Assembly: GCA_963733675.1 (NCBI GenBank) | Contig: CAVTET010000001.1 | Location: 800,001-864,000 of the forward strand | Length of the DNA: 64,000 nt | Origin: an uncultured Methanosarcinaceae archaeon | GTDB lineage: Archaea; Halobacteriota; Methanosarcinia; Methanosarcinales; Methanosarcinaceae | Reading direction: 5' to 3' | In this document: positions 27,240 to 39,305 of the stretch, piece by piece | Position numbering within the stretch: the stretch's first letter is position 1 | Layout of the letters: each line of letters begins with the position of its first letter | Notes under the pieces: generated by a model | What the model was told of the DNA's origin: nothing | The model's database searches: none | What the model saw: the letters and a program-made list of their open reading frames with translations, nothing else | Made by a program: the position numbers and the translations under genes

Positions 27240-28290
27240 CTATTTACGTCTTATTTTTTTCTTTGTGGGGACCCTATTCAAATCTCTCTCGCTGATTCTT
27301 TTATGTGATTCAATTTCATCAATTAATATATATTATAACAAAAATCTGTGCACAATATCTTAGATTCACTCTCTGAACGATGGTGACAAAACTTTTTCCT
27401 TCTTAGGAGATCTTTTTATTACTGCAAAAAATCGTTCATTTTTAATTTTTTTGAGCTAATTTCCTTGTTCCTTAATATATCTCTTATTCCCAGAGAGTAT
27501 TCGTTTACTACTCTTTTCATTGTTGCATCATAACCTTTTGATTTTGCTCCAAAGTATCCCCTGTCTCTGTAAACAGTTTCATTTTTTTATGATAAATCTA
27601 CACTCGAATCACGAAGTGATACAGTTGTTGTTTTTGAATTTTCTGATAAGATCTAATTCCTGCCTATTATGCTATGAACTTTACATCCAAATTGTGACTT
27701 ATCAACTTTTTCATCCATGTTCCATATCTGATCCTCTTGTTTTTGCTTCATTTTCATGAGGTTTATCCACTTTTGCGGCCAGGGATCTGAACGGATAAAA
27801 ATAGAATCCTGAATAATTCTTTTTTTTATTTTCAAAAACAAGGCAATCCGGTTGGCTTTGCAACTGTCTCCATTATTTCTTCTTCATTTCAGTTACCATA
27901 ATCCTTTTCGGAATGACTGATTGTGTTATTGCTTGGTATGTACTCAGGAAAATCAAGAAATTTTCCAAAAAAAATTCGATCAATATATTGTTTATCAATT
28001 TCAAAGTTCGAAAGATAATGCTATTGCTGTAAACAATCATTTTAAGCATAATGATTACTTCAGATCTGCCTCTGTAAATTGTTTTGTTAAAATATCTGGA
28101 CTCTAAAATGATAAGAAAAGATTCCCAATCAATTGAGATATAAATTTTAGTAAGTTTCTCTCCAATTTATTGAAGACATTTTTATTCTTATTTCAAAGCA
28201 AAATCGGTAAGAGTTTTCATGAGTAAAGATTAATGTTAAGAGATCTAAACTCTCAAATACTCAAATACTAAGGAGTTTATCGAAATTCTC
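27240..28290 (-). mobile_element. Degenerate IS5-family element
   Basis: Minus strand LKIKKRIIQDSIFIRSDP, SQFGCKVH; end ttatcgaaattctc. Confidence 0.75.
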
Positions 28291-28730
28291 AGGAATCTAT
28301 TTGCTTTGATATTGGTAAAAGGTACTATTTTAAATTTGATGCAATCTTTAATAATGGTGATCTTGTACATTTTTTCGTTGGTTCTAAACCAAAATATTTT
28401 ACTTCAAGAATGATGTCGATTAGAGAGGATTTGAATAATGCAATAATTTAGTTATATGCTTATGAATGGTGTATCAATGCTCTTGAAAATAAAATGTGTA
28501 TCAAACTCCTCTATAAAAAGTATCACAGCAAGAAAAAACTTTAAAGAATACTCCTTGGTTGAAAACAAGTTATTTGATGTTGAATTGTGGGGTGATGGAG
28601 ATTCTACTGGAACTTTTGGTTATGTCCCTACTTAATATATCATCAAAAACGGTGTTGAAAATCAGGAAGGAAAAGAAACATAGTAGATAATTAAAATATT
28701 TGATTTTGAATTATCCGTTTATATCCTGAG
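28290..28730 (+). mobile_element. IS200 TnpA relic interrupted by a ~89-bp MITE (28424-28512)
   Basis: Colinear with 23130-23460 apart from the insert agaggatttgaataa...tatcaaactcctct. Confidence 0.7.
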
Positions 28731-28898
28731 TAATGATAAGAAAATCAGTTTTTTTGCATCGGTGTTTGGTACTAAACTGTGATTTTTTCCCATCAGTTAG
28801 TACCCAGAAATATCTTTTGCACAAAAACAAATTTCTTTTGACTGATTTTCGGAAGGCGAATAGTTCTAAATTTATATGAAAGTTTAGTAGGAAACGTT

Positions 28899-29315
28899 TT
28901 AGTCTTTGTGAATCGGATTCGAAGTTTCCCCTTTCTCCTGAATCATTTCTACACTTTGTGAACTTTTTTGATGATTGAATGTTCGATCAAATTCCGGATA
29001 TTTCGAAAACTTGACAGCCAATTCTTCAAACATTTTATGTCTTGGGCTGATTATGATTATATGAGCAGGAGGATGAATTTTTTTTAACCTACTAATTGCT
29101 GCACCTGCATGATTATTCAATTCTACTAGTGCTGCAGAGTTACATTTTGATCTAAGTGATACTCCCATTATGCTTACAAGGAGCTCATCAGCATAATTAG
29201 GTTCTATGCATTTTGGGGTAGCTGAAAATTGAATGTGTCCGTATCTTTCTAGGTCATGTAATGCTATTTTCACTTTGTCCGAGTCATCCGCTCGGACTAA
29301 TGCAAAAGATTTCAT
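28899..29315 (-). CDS. DUF356 family protein
   Basis: LVRADDSDKVKIALHDLERYG...IHPPAHIIIIS. Confidence 0.85.
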   Translation of the reverse strand: MKSFALVRADDSDKVKIALHDLERYGHIQFSATPKCIEPNYADELLVSIMGVSLRSKCNSAALVELNNHAGAAISRLKKIHPPAHIIIISPRHKMFEELAVKFSKYPEFDRTFNHQKSSQSVEMIQEKGETSNPIHKD

Positions 29316-29849
29316 TTTTTATACACCACCAATATGGAGTTTTCCCATCTCGATATGGATCTACCCCTATTATAATCTTTATATATGAGAGAGGCTCTTG
29401 AAAAGCTGGATTTTCCATAAATAGTGACATCTTAATCACATTTATAGTGTTCTAATCTACCTGTTCTCGAGGACATGATCTCTTCGTAATCTTTTTTCTC
29501 ATATGAAGTGCCCTCACAAATTATAAGGGTTGTTTGTAACTTCTATTTTCAAGATTTCGTATGCGCTTCCGGGTAATAAAATAGCATGTTTTATAGTTAT
29601 ATGCAACCTATATATATTCGTTTTGAAATAATATTTTTTCATTTAGTAACTTTTTTGAAATCGCATTTTGTTGTGAATACAATATTTCACCAACTGGCTC
29701 AATTAACCAGTAAAATGCCACCATTTTTACGATTTTCACATAAAAGTAATGTTGAATATTGATTTTTATTCTTTCATGGTATCCTTTTTAAGTTCAAGTT
29801 GATGGTGAAAATCATAAAGATGTTCAGTTGAAATTCATTGATTATACAT

Positions 29850-30340
29850 TGTTTTTACTGTTTATATATGTATTATTTCAGATAAATACACAGAACGTTG
29901 ATTAACTTAGATCCCAAGTTCGTCAATGATCTTTATGGATGTAATCATAAAATAAAGAGGGACATCAGGCCAGTTGGGTAAGAAGGCGATTCTAATTTTT
30001 TCCTATTGTATTAGGTGGCACTATGAATATGAGATTATGTGGTTAGTTGATGCTTTTCTAGTTTCATGTACCACATAGCTTTTATTCTTGTCACCAAAAT
30101 ATTGATCATCTGTGAATACAGCAGCAAATTTATACTTTTTGACACTTTGATTAAAGGCTTAAATTTGTTCAGCAAACATTTGGTTATTTACTTATTTTAA
30201 CAGCTTTAAGGTAGTTTTCTTCAGATGATTGTGTAACGAGCTTTCCAGGATATTCTTTGGCCTGTTCCTTGAATTGAGTGTATGGATAACCTCTGAATAG
30301 TCATTGATGCTATAACAGTGAAATAGAGTTTATGAGATAG
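29850..30340 (-). mobile_element. Probable ISH3-family transposase relic
   Basis: Fragments KKYKFAAVFTDDQYFGDKNKSYVVH resemble ISH3-type transposases. Confidence 0.4.
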
Positions 30341-30473
30341 CTTTAATCAAATAGAAATTGGAATATTTTTGATCAGAGTTATGACAACAGAAATTCATTC
30401 TGGAAATTATCTATTCAAATAAAAAGATATTATAATAATTATTTTAGATAATGAAATATTTGATCCTAGCGAA

Positions 30474-30865
30474 GAAAAATGACTATATATATACCAGAAT
30501 GAAGGCATTTGTTTGGTACCATAATCGACGACCCTATTGCCTTCTATAAATTTGTTTGATTTTATTCAGATTTGCAGAATTTGTTTAGGAACTGATAAGA
30601 TTCTGAACTACAAGCTCCATAGATAATTTTATGCATTACTATTGTCTATATAGATCTATTTGATCAGGTTAAGGAAAAATGAATATATACAAATATAGAA
30701 TGAAGTCATTTTTTTTGATGCCATGACCAACGACTCCATTAGCTTCCATAATTTTTTTTGATTTTATTCTGATTTGTAGAAATGATGTAGGAACTGATGC
30801 GATTCAAAACTATTGATTCCAGAGATAATTTTATGTATTACTATTGTCTATATAGATCTGGTTAA
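30474..30865 (+). repeat. Tandem ~200-bp duplication upstream of the PhoU-type regulator
   Basis: Units start at 30474 and 30674; both contain agataattttatg..ttactattgtctatatagatct. Confidence 0.8.
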
Positions 30866-30896
30866 ATTAATTAGAACAACTTTAGGGGGATTATTT

Positions 30897-31901
30897 ATTA
30901 CTAAGGATAAAAGAAAAGTTCAGTTTACTGGAAATTCTACTTATATTGTATCTCTCCCCATTAAATGGGTAAGGGATGTTGGCCTTGAAGCTGGGGACAC
31001 ACTTACTCTTACACCCATGCCTAACCGAACTCTAATTGTTTCTTCCAGTGCTATCTCCAGAGAACAAGCTGCTATCAAAGCAACAGTCGATTATATTCAC
31101 TCAGATGGTGCGGAAAACAATCTCAGAATTCTAATTTCTCATTATCTTGCTGGTTACGATTCTATCAGGTTGACCACCAAAAAAGGTTTTAGTGCTAATG
31201 ATCGTAAGTTTATCAAGGACTCAGTGCGTCAGAAATTGATAGGTCTCGAACTTGTGGAGGAATCTAGGAATGAATTGGTTTTCCAGTGCTTGCTTAATTA
31301 CAATGACCTTCCTCTTTGCAGGGTAATCAAAAACATGTATGGACTTGTACTTTCCATGCTTGATGACTCCATGACTGCTCTGAGAGATCGAATTGAGGAA
31401 CTCGCTGAGGATGTCATACAGAGAGATGATGATGTGGATCGTTTCTATCTTCTTGGTGTCCGCCAGCTCAAAGCCTCAATTGAGGATATGGAACTCTCTA
31501 ATAAAATAGGAATTCGGCATCCACGAGAATGCTTGGGGTACAGACTTATTCTAAAGAGTATAGAGCGTGTGGGAGACCATGCTGTAAAAATAGCTAAGAA
31601 TGTCCTGAAAATGGATGCAGGGATAAATGCTGATGACCCTATATTTAAAATGGCTGAAATTTCACGAAAAGTTTTCGAAAGCTCAATAGGTTCAATGGAC
31701 GAAGAAGACTTGCAGGTTATCAATAAAATTGTTGTTGAGGCCAAGAAAGTTTCCCAGTTTGGTATTTCTCTAGAGTCCCGGGATGATGAAAATTCATGTA
31801 CTGTTGAACTTAGTATGATCCTTGAGAGCCTACGAAGGGTAGCTGAATATGGCGCCGATATTGCAGAAGTTTCAATAAATATGAATGTAAAGCAGATCTA
31901 A
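30897..31901 (+). CDS. phoU: Phosphate uptake regulator (AbrB-type N-domain + PhoU domains)
   Basis: RKVQFTGNSTYIVSLPIKW, RDDDVDRFY, ERVGDHA, RRVAEYGADIAE; start uncertain (ATT at 30897 after GGGGGA, or TTG at 30813). Confidence 0.88.
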   Translation: MTKDKRKVQFTGNSTYIVSLPIKWVRDVGLEAGDTLTLTPMPNRTLIVSSSAISREQAAIKATVDYIHSDGAENNLRILISHYLAGYDSIRLTTKKGFSANDRKFIKDSVRQKLIGLELVEESRNELVFQCLLNYNDLPLCRVIKNMYGLVLSMLDDSMTALRDRIEELAEDVIQRDDDVDRFYLLGVRQLKASIEDMELSNKIGIRHPRECLGYRLILKSIERVGDHAVKIAKNVLKMDAGINADDPIFKMAEISRKVFESSIGSMDEEDLQVINKIVVEAKKVSQFGISLESRDDENSCTVELSMILESLRRVAEYGADIAEVSINMNVKQI

Positions 31902-32234
31902 ACCTGAAAACTTTGGGTTAAGATTTTTCTTAATTTATACCTTTTTAACATAACTGCATTTAGGAATAGATATTTTCAGTGTAGCCTGGCTATGTATTTG
32001 GCATTCGAAAGAATGAGAGCAGATCCGATAGTTAATGCTTTTGGTTCTGATCATCTTTCAATCCTTTTAAATCTTCTATTTTTAGACAGATTCTTTTAAA
32101 TCTTCTATTTTTAGACGGATTTTTCAATCTAATCCACTCAGGTAGCATATTTAAGGATTCGATAAACTTTTGAAAAATATGATTTAATTTTCAAAAATGC
32201 AACCAAAGCTATTTGTTATCTAAAACCTTAAACC

Positions 32235-35039
32235 ATGCCTATGGATTTTCAGATCTTGGATGCAGATTATGAAGTCGTTAATGACAGTAGCCCTGTCATC
32301 CGCCTATTTGGCAGAGGAGCGGATGGAAATAGTGTTTGTTGCTTTATCCCGGATTTTGAGCCTTATTTTTATCTCAAAGCTTCTGGAGATCTGCATGCCT
32401 TATCAAGACTTATAGAGGATACTTTTGACCAGGTCAAAAAGGTGGAAATAGTAGAAAAATTCGAACCTATAGGGTATCAGAAATCAAAAAAAAAGATTCT
32501 CAGAATTACTACCCGCCTGCCAAGGGACGTGGCAGAAATCAGGACTGAGGTTCTTAAGATACAGGGAGTCTTGAGAGCTGAAGGCAAATGGGAAGTTTAT
32601 GAGAGTGATATCCTTTTCAGAAATCGTTTTTTAATTGACAGAGGCCTTGGTGGTATGGTTTGGATTTCTGCGGAAGGAAAGCCTGTAGCCCCTCCTCGAT
32701 ACTTAAGGGCAGGTTATGCAGGCAATTCTTTTTGTGAGAACTATGCTTGCAACTCTAAAGTACTCGCATCCGGGTTGAAGAAAATTGAAAGCCTGAGGGT
32801 TGCTCCTCTTAAGTACCTGTCTTTCGATATAGAATGCCTACCACTTGATGGGGGGATGCCTTCTCCAGATATATCTCCTATAATAATGATCAGTTTTTCC
32901 TTTGAGCCCGCATATAATAACAATAAAACTCTAATTTTGGTGGCAAAGACTGTAGAAGGTATGGATGAAGATGTCGAACTCTGTGGGAACGAAACAAAAA
33001 TGCTTAATCGTTTTTTTCAGATTTTTTGCGAATATGATCCTGATATAGTTGTAGGATATAATCACCAGGACTTCGATATTCCTTACATTACGGATAGGGT
33101 CAAAGCGCTTATTGTAAAAGGAGAGGTGATCAATCCAGTTGTAGGCAGGGATGGTAGCCAGATAGGATACCGGAAGTTTGGGCTCATTACTCGAACTGAA
33201 ATCAGGGGTCGTGTAGTTGTGGATGCTCTTCCTCTTGTTAGAAGAGCTTTCAGCCTGAAACAGTATACTCTGAGAGCTGTTTCAAAAGAGCTTTTGAACC
33301 GTGAGAAGCTTGATGTCTCTCCCCTGGAAATGGAGGAACACTGGATCGATTCGGGAGATAAATTCAAAAAATTTGTCGACTATGCACGAAGAGACTCTGA
33401 ACTTGCCCTTGAACTTATCCTTAAGCTTAAGCTTCTTGACAAATATATTGCTCTTGCTCAGGTAAGCGGGAGTCTTTTACAGGAGATTGTTGATGGAGGG
33501 CAGACTTCAATGGTTGAAAATCTCCTCCTTAGAGAGTTCGCTCTTAGGGATAGGGTAATTCTTCCAAAGCCTGGAGACGAGCTTTCAGCTGAGAGGTACG
33601 ATATGAGTTCGGGCCTGAAAGGAGGTGAAGTACTCGAGCCAAAGAAAGGTCTTCTGGAAAATGTGTTAATTCTTGATTACAAATCGCTTTACCCAACCAT
33701 TATGATGGCACATAACCTCTGCTACACCACTGTAGTTATAGGAGATCGGCCAGATGGAAAAATTATCCAATCTCCCTCTGGGGGAGAGTTTGTGTCTTCT
33801 GATGTAAGTAGGGGAATCGTGCCTTCTATTCTCGAAGACCTGCTGAACCAGAGGTCTGAGACAAAGAATAAAATGAAAAAGGTATCTAATGAGCATGATT
33901 ACGAGGTACTTGATGCTACGCAGCTTGCCCTGAAAATCCTTCTCAATAGTTTTTATGGATATTCTGGGTATGCCAGAGCAAGGTTATATAGTTTGACTCT
34001 TGCGAATGCCGTAACTAGTTTTGGAAGAAGTAACATACTCAATACTCGGGATATAATTAATAATACTATAGGTAAAATAGTACTCAGAGATACAACAGCA
34101 CTACTTCTTAGTGAAGCTGGGAAGCTTTCTTCTTCAGATAGAGTCGTAGAATTGTCAGTTGCCTATGGGGATACAGATAGTGTTTTCGTACAATGCACAT
34201 CTAGTGGAACCCTCTCTCTTGAAGAGGTTAGTCTTGTTGGAAACAGACTTTCATATATCGTTTCTGTATCTCTGCCTGACCCTATGGAGCTCGAATTTGA
34301 GTCCATTGCAAAAAGAGCTCTCCTTATCGCAAAAAAGCGCTATGCTCTCTGGCTTTTTGAGCCAACGAACTCGGGATGGGTGGATCAAATCAAAGTTAAA
34401 GGTATGGAAACTGTCCGTAGGGACTGGTGCGAACTCACATCCATCACCCTTAACAGGGTTCTTGAACTTGTACTTATGGCAGGTGACGTTGATAGAGCTG
34501 TAGAATATGTCCGTAAGGTCGTCAGTGAGATCAGAAATCTTGATCCGAGAAGAGATTCAAAAACCATCGAATTTCTTGTTCTTACCCGGACACTTACCAG
34601 AAAAAAAGACAGCTACAAGAATAAACAACCTCATCTGACTGTTGCGGAAAATCTTAAGAAGCGAACAGGAATAATGCCTTCGATAGGAACAAGGATTCCT
34701 TTTGTCATTATCGCAGGAAAAGGCCTTTTCGTAGACAGGGCTGAGGATCCAGAATATGTTACAGAGCATAATGTGCCTATAGATGTGGATTATTATGTTA
34801 AAAAGCAGATTTTACCTCCTGTAGAAAGAATTTTGGGGGTATTTGGAGTAACGATACATTCCCTCGATTTTGATTCAAGACAAAAAGGGATTTTTGATTT
34901 TGAGGCTAAGAAACTTGAAGTAAAAGATCAGGAAATGGGAAAACTTTTTTCTAAAAAAGAGGGTGAGAGAGACACTCAGGAAAAAAATAAGTGCTTGGAT
35001 GACGGATGTTTAGGTCAAAGTTCATTACTCGATTTCTGA
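32235..35039 (+). CDS. polB: Family B DNA polymerase
   Basis: Exo I FDIEC, DYKSLYPT, KILLNSFYGY, YGDTDS, KKRY; no intein visible. Confidence 0.98.
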   Translation: MPMDFQILDADYEVVNDSSPVIRLFGRGADGNSVCCFIPDFEPYFYLKASGDLHALSRLIEDTFDQVKKVEIVEKFEPIGYQKSKKKILRITTRLPRDVAEIRTEVLKIQGVLRAEGKWEVYESDILFRNRFLIDRGLGGMVWISAEGKPVAPPRYLRAGYAGNSFCENYACNSKVLASGLKKIESLRVAPLKYLSFDIECLPLDGGMPSPDISPIIMISFSFEPAYNNNKTLILVAKTVEGMDEDVELCGNETKMLNRFFQIFCEYDPDIVVGYNHQDFDIPYITDRVKALIVKGEVINPVVGRDGSQIGYRKFGLITRTEIRGRVVVDALPLVRRAFSLKQYTLRAVSKELLNREKLDVSPLEMEEHWIDSGDKFKKFVDYARRDSELALELILKLKLLDKYIALAQVSGSLLQEIVDGGQTSMVENLLLREFALRDRVILPKPGDELSAERYDMSSGLKGGEVLEPKKGLLENVLILDYKSLYPTIMMAHNLCYTTVVIGDRPDGKIIQSPSGGEFVSSDVSRGIVPSILEDLLNQRSETKNKMKKVSNEHDYEVLDATQLALKILLNSFYGYSGYARARLYSLTLANAVTSFGRSNILNTRDIINNTIGKIVLRDTTALLLSEAGKLSSSDRVVELSVAYGDTDSVFVQCTSSGTLSLEEVSLVGNRLSYIVSVSLPDPMELEFESIAKRALLIAKKRYALWLFEPTNSGWVDQIKVKGMETVRRDWCELTSITLNRVLELVLMAGDVDRAVEYVRKVVSEIRNLDPRRDSKTIEFLVLTRTLTRKKDSYKNKQPHLTVAENLKKRTGIMPSIGTRIPFVIIAGKGLFVDRAEDPEYVTEHNVPIDVDYYVKKQILPPVERILGVFGVTIHSLDFDSRQKGIFDFEAKKLEVKDQEMGKLFSKKEGERDTQEKNKCLDDGCLGQSSLLDF

Positions 35040-35629
35040 GTTTCAGACTACTGGTTTTAATTGTCTTTAACCAGCCAGCCTGGATAAAATGCTATCAATA
35101 ACCGCTTTATTTAATATTTGGAGGGTAACTTTTTAGGAGCTCGTTTGTATATTTGGGGTTATTAACTATGTTTTCTGTTTTTGTATGGATGTCAATTAAA
35201 CAGTTTTAGTAACTCTAAATAAATATCAATAAATTTATTTTTGGTGCTTGGAATGATTGAAACCTAAGTTGAACAGTATCCACTAATAACTAATGAAAAA
35301 CTATCCTTTTTTTAGTTAAATTGATTTGACAAAACTTATTGTAGAGAATTTCGATAAACTCCTATGCATTTGAGCAGTGGAGAGTTTAAATCTCTCACAA
35401 TATTTTTTTCTGATACTTCTATTTATGATTGCGATTTAGGTCAATTAGTTTAAAATGTTCCATTAGCTCAGATGCTCGATAAGTCCTATGAACTCCATGA
35501 GTCCTAAATAGGCAAGTTTTTCTTATTTATTTTGTAACTGAGGAAATTTAGGAATTCTATCATAAAAAACTGTGTTTTATAATCTTTTTTAACCTACTTA
35601 ATCTCATCTTCATGACTTAATGCTCTTTT

Positions 35630-36290
35630 TTATGAGCTAAATAGATTCGTGGTTGGTCCACAAAATTTAGCTATTGCTTTATAGGAGTTTGAAGTTACTG
35701 CTTTATTATCAAATGAACCTGTAGCAAACGCTGAATTAATCACAAAACCATTATCAATGTCTTGTGGTGTTATTAGGTAGCTATATCCTCTCTCAATATT
35801 TTTACAAGGTGCAAGCTCACTGGAACTGATTTGTGATGATCCAAACATGCTATCTGTGACAGTTATCGGTCCTGTAATATCAACATTCCCTTTGTTTGTT
35901 ACAGTGTAGGAGTAGTCGATAAGATCTCCGACTGCGAAATAAGTTTTTGGATCTACTTCTTTTTCTATTTTCAGATCTGGTTTCTGTATAGCTAATACCG
36001 TTGCACTAGTATTGTTTGAAATTACTATATTTGACCTGGTGCAAGATCACTGTTAGATATAGTAAATGAGCTAGATAGGTGGTCATCTGTAACATTAATA
36101 GGTCCTTTGATAATCACATTTCCTGAGTTAGTTACAGTGTAGAAGTATGTAATAGGCTGTTCTCCATTGGTATAATATGAACCTTTTGAAGCCTGCGCTT
36201 CAAAAGACACAGAACTCAATAAAAGAGTCATACCTATGATTAATGGTAGCATCACTGAGACTATGGACTTAAAATTGAGTATATTAAGCC
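35630..36290 (-). pseudogene. DUF11/DUF7507-repeat surface protein, disrupted
   Basis: ITYFYTVTNSGNV..GPINVTD and YLITPQDIDNGFVINSA repeats; in-frame stop at 36025. Confidence 0.7.
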
Positions 36291-37112
36291 ACAAATAGAC
36301 TTTCACCAATAGTCTCCGTACTGATTTCAAATTAGCCAATTTAGTGCACAATCAGTGTAAATAAATGTCATCTCTACTCATAAATATCTCAGTAAGATGT
36401 AATTGATTGTAACTTTATATATTTTATTAGAAATTTACATATGAATAAACATGTATAACGATTTATCTCACAAGATGAATGTTGATCTAACATTGGTTAA
36501 AAGATAACAAATACTCTGGAATTCTCCAAATAATGTCCTAATATTTAATGGTTAAATAAATATGAAAAGATGATTAAGAAGCAATAATTGAATATTACTT
36601 CCCCTTTTAATTTCATAATCATCATTATATATAATGCTATATTTTATGCTATATTTTATGCATTGAAATGTATCTATCTTCAAAAATTAAAACCAATTAA
36701 CTGCCAAACAGTCCAGCAGCAGATAGCCACCTAGACAATTTAACAAAATTGAATTTATGCATACTATAAGGCTATATCGGAAAACGAATGTTGTTTCAGA
36801 GAAAAAAATAAGATTTGAATTTTTTATTTTCGGGACAGTTATATAGATTTAGGGAAACGCAGTATATATATCATTATCCCCATAGAATAGTTGCTCTTTT
36901 AAATGCTTATTCGTGCGCAAAGTTCACCGTCAGATATCAATTTTCTGGTGAGCTGGTCGAGTTTTTCCTAAAAGAATTCGGATATGGCTTTTTAAGCAGC
37001 GGATTCAACATCTTCTTTATTCCCATTGATTGTTTCCTAAATTACCTTCCCTTCTTCCTCATAGCTGCATGTTTGCTACTTATATATACAAGATATTTCG
37101 ATACAATGCTCT

Positions 37113-37784
37113 ATGAGACTAGATGCATGCCTTGTAGCCATGGGTCATTTTAAGTCAAGAGGTCGATCAAAGCTTGCTATTCTTGAAGGAAATGTTAAGA
37201 TCAATGGGCTAGAGGTAACGAAAATATCAAGAGATGTATCTACTGATGATATCATTGAAGTTGCTGTGGGCCTGGATCATCCAAAGGGATATTTCAAGCT
37301 CAAGCTCATTCAGGATGAAAGTGGTATTCTTAATCCAGGTGACCTAGTTCTTGATTTGGGCTCGAGTGCAGGCGGATTTCTTCTTTATGCATCTGAGATT
37401 GCAGGTCGTGTAAAGGGAATTGAATTCAGTCGAAACTTTAGGAGCGAGCTAGGAAAGATAGCATATGAAAGGGAAAACGTTGAGGTAATGTTTGGAGACA
37501 TCTTCACCGTACCCCTCAACTTACTTTCTAAAGAGTCGGTCGATGTAATTCTTTTTGACATAACTCTAGAGCCTGAAGATTCTATTAAGGCGCTTTCTAG
37601 AGTATTGCCGCTGCTTAGAGAAGATGGAAAGTTACTTCAGGTAATCAAAAGTCCAAGAAAGAAAAATCTTAAACCGATCCTCAACGAAATTAAGAACCTA
37701 GGATTTGAAATCCAAAAAATCATTGGTTCGGAAAAACAAGAAATTTATGTTGTTGCGAGAAAGCTTCTAACAGTGGGTGAATAA
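37113..37784 (+). CDS. S4-domain + FtsJ-type RNA methyltransferase (TlyA-like)
   Basis: MRLDACLV...SRGRSK S4 domain; VLDLGSSAGGF SAM-binding motif. Confidence 0.88.
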   Translation: MRLDACLVAMGHFKSRGRSKLAILEGNVKINGLEVTKISRDVSTDDIIEVAVGLDHPKGYFKLKLIQDESGILNPGDLVLDLGSSAGGFLLYASEIAGRVKGIEFSRNFRSELGKIAYERENVEVMFGDIFTVPLNLLSKESVDVILFDITLEPEDSIKALSRVLPLLREDGKLLQVIKSPRKKNLKPILNEIKNLGFEIQKIIGSEKQEIYVVARKLLTVGE

Positions 37785-37969
37785 TCTAAAGATTCTAAAA
37801 GGCGTGAAGTTCGATCGGATCAAAAATTTCATGCTATGTTAGCTCGAATATATGGATTTGCAGGCATATGGCTGGATGGAAACTAAATTATAGAGTAAGC
37901 CCATTCATATTTTTATGGAGGTTCTGCACAGTGGAAGTGTTTGTGTTATTTGGCTATGAAATATAAACA

Positions 37970-38838
37970 CAATTTCGATAAACTTCTATACATTTGAGCA
38001 TTGGTGATTTTAAATTTCTTAAAATAATTTTTACTTTTGAAAACTTTTACTGATTTTGCTATTAATGAATGAAAGCACTTCAGTCAATTGGGGACAAACT
38101 TGTTGAAATTGATTCCTTAATTGATTGTAAATTTTTTCATATTATTTTTGAGTCCATATATTTTATCAAAAAAAATTTAGGAGGCAGACCTGAAGCTGAT
38201 GTTATCATTATGTTCAAACTGCTTGTTTTACAGCAATGAAATGTTTTTCAGACTTTAACTTGAGAAACATTCCACTGATAAGATTTATTCAAGAAGTGGC
38301 TTGGTTTTTTTGAGCATATATCGAAAGTACCCCAGTCTGATCATTCTTAAAGGTAATTAATGATAATTGCAAACAAGAAAAATTATGGAAACAGTTGGAA
38401 GCTCATTTGATTTCTCTGTTCTGAAAATAAAAACGGAAACAAATCCGATAGCTACTTTTATCCATTAAGATCCTTGGCAGCAAAAGTGGATAAACCAAAA
38501 GAAAAAGAAGTAATATAAGGTGAATAAGATACAAAACCTATGCAAAAAGGGTGTAAAGTCACACATTAGATATAATATTTATAATATCATAAACAGGTAT
38601 TATCAGCTGATCAGAAGATTCAAAACAGCAACAATCTAGCTTCATGATTCGTATGTAGATTTATCAGAAAAAAACTGACGTGGTTTACAGGGTAGAGGAT
38701 ACTACGGAGAAAAATCAAAAAGTATAATGGATCAATGAAAAGAGCAGGAAAAGAACATCCCGTAGATTCGGAATATATTAAGGAACCAAATAATCAGTTC
38801 AACAAGAGGTACATGGAAGCAAGTTTATGCAGTGACTA
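37970..38838 (+). mobile_element. Degenerate IS5-family element, truncated by the next IS
   Basis: aatttcgataaac left end; GGRPEADVIIMFKLLVLQQ fragment. Confidence 0.75.
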
Positions 38839-39305
38839 AGAGCCTATCCGAAAAATAATCTACTTTCAATTTCAGATCATGTGTGGTAATGACAAAACGG
38901 AAAATTGTTCAGGACTATGAACTTTCTAAAGATTATTGGGGAAAAATAGAACCTTTACTACCCTGTACCTAAGCCAAAAAAGAAGTCTTGAAGACCTAGA
39001 AAGGGTGATAGGAAAATAATGAGTGGCATTTTCTATCTCCTTTTTACTGTTTGCCAATGGAAAGCATTGCCACGATTTTATGGAGCTTCAAGCACTGTAC
39101 ATGATCGATTTCAGAAATGGCAACTATCAGGCTTATTTGAGAGCATGTGGCTGGCTGGTCTTGTTGAGTATGATTTCGAAAAAGGATTAGAATGGGAATG
39201 ACAATCAATTGATGGTGCTATGACAAAAGCACCATTAGATGGAGCTGGAACAGGAGCCAATCCTACTGATCGTGGCAAAAAAAGTACAAAAAAGATTGTT
39301 TTAAC
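38839..39305 (+). mobile_element. IS5-family (IS1031/IS427-like) relic, truncated by IS6
   Basis: GIFYLL..CQWKALP..YG..STVHDRFQKW and IDGAMTKAP motifs. Confidence 0.75.

Noticed and set aside
34040-34190. Extra segment before YGDTDS in PolB as a mini-intein
   Set aside because: No intein N-terminal or His-Asn C-terminal motifs, and too short.
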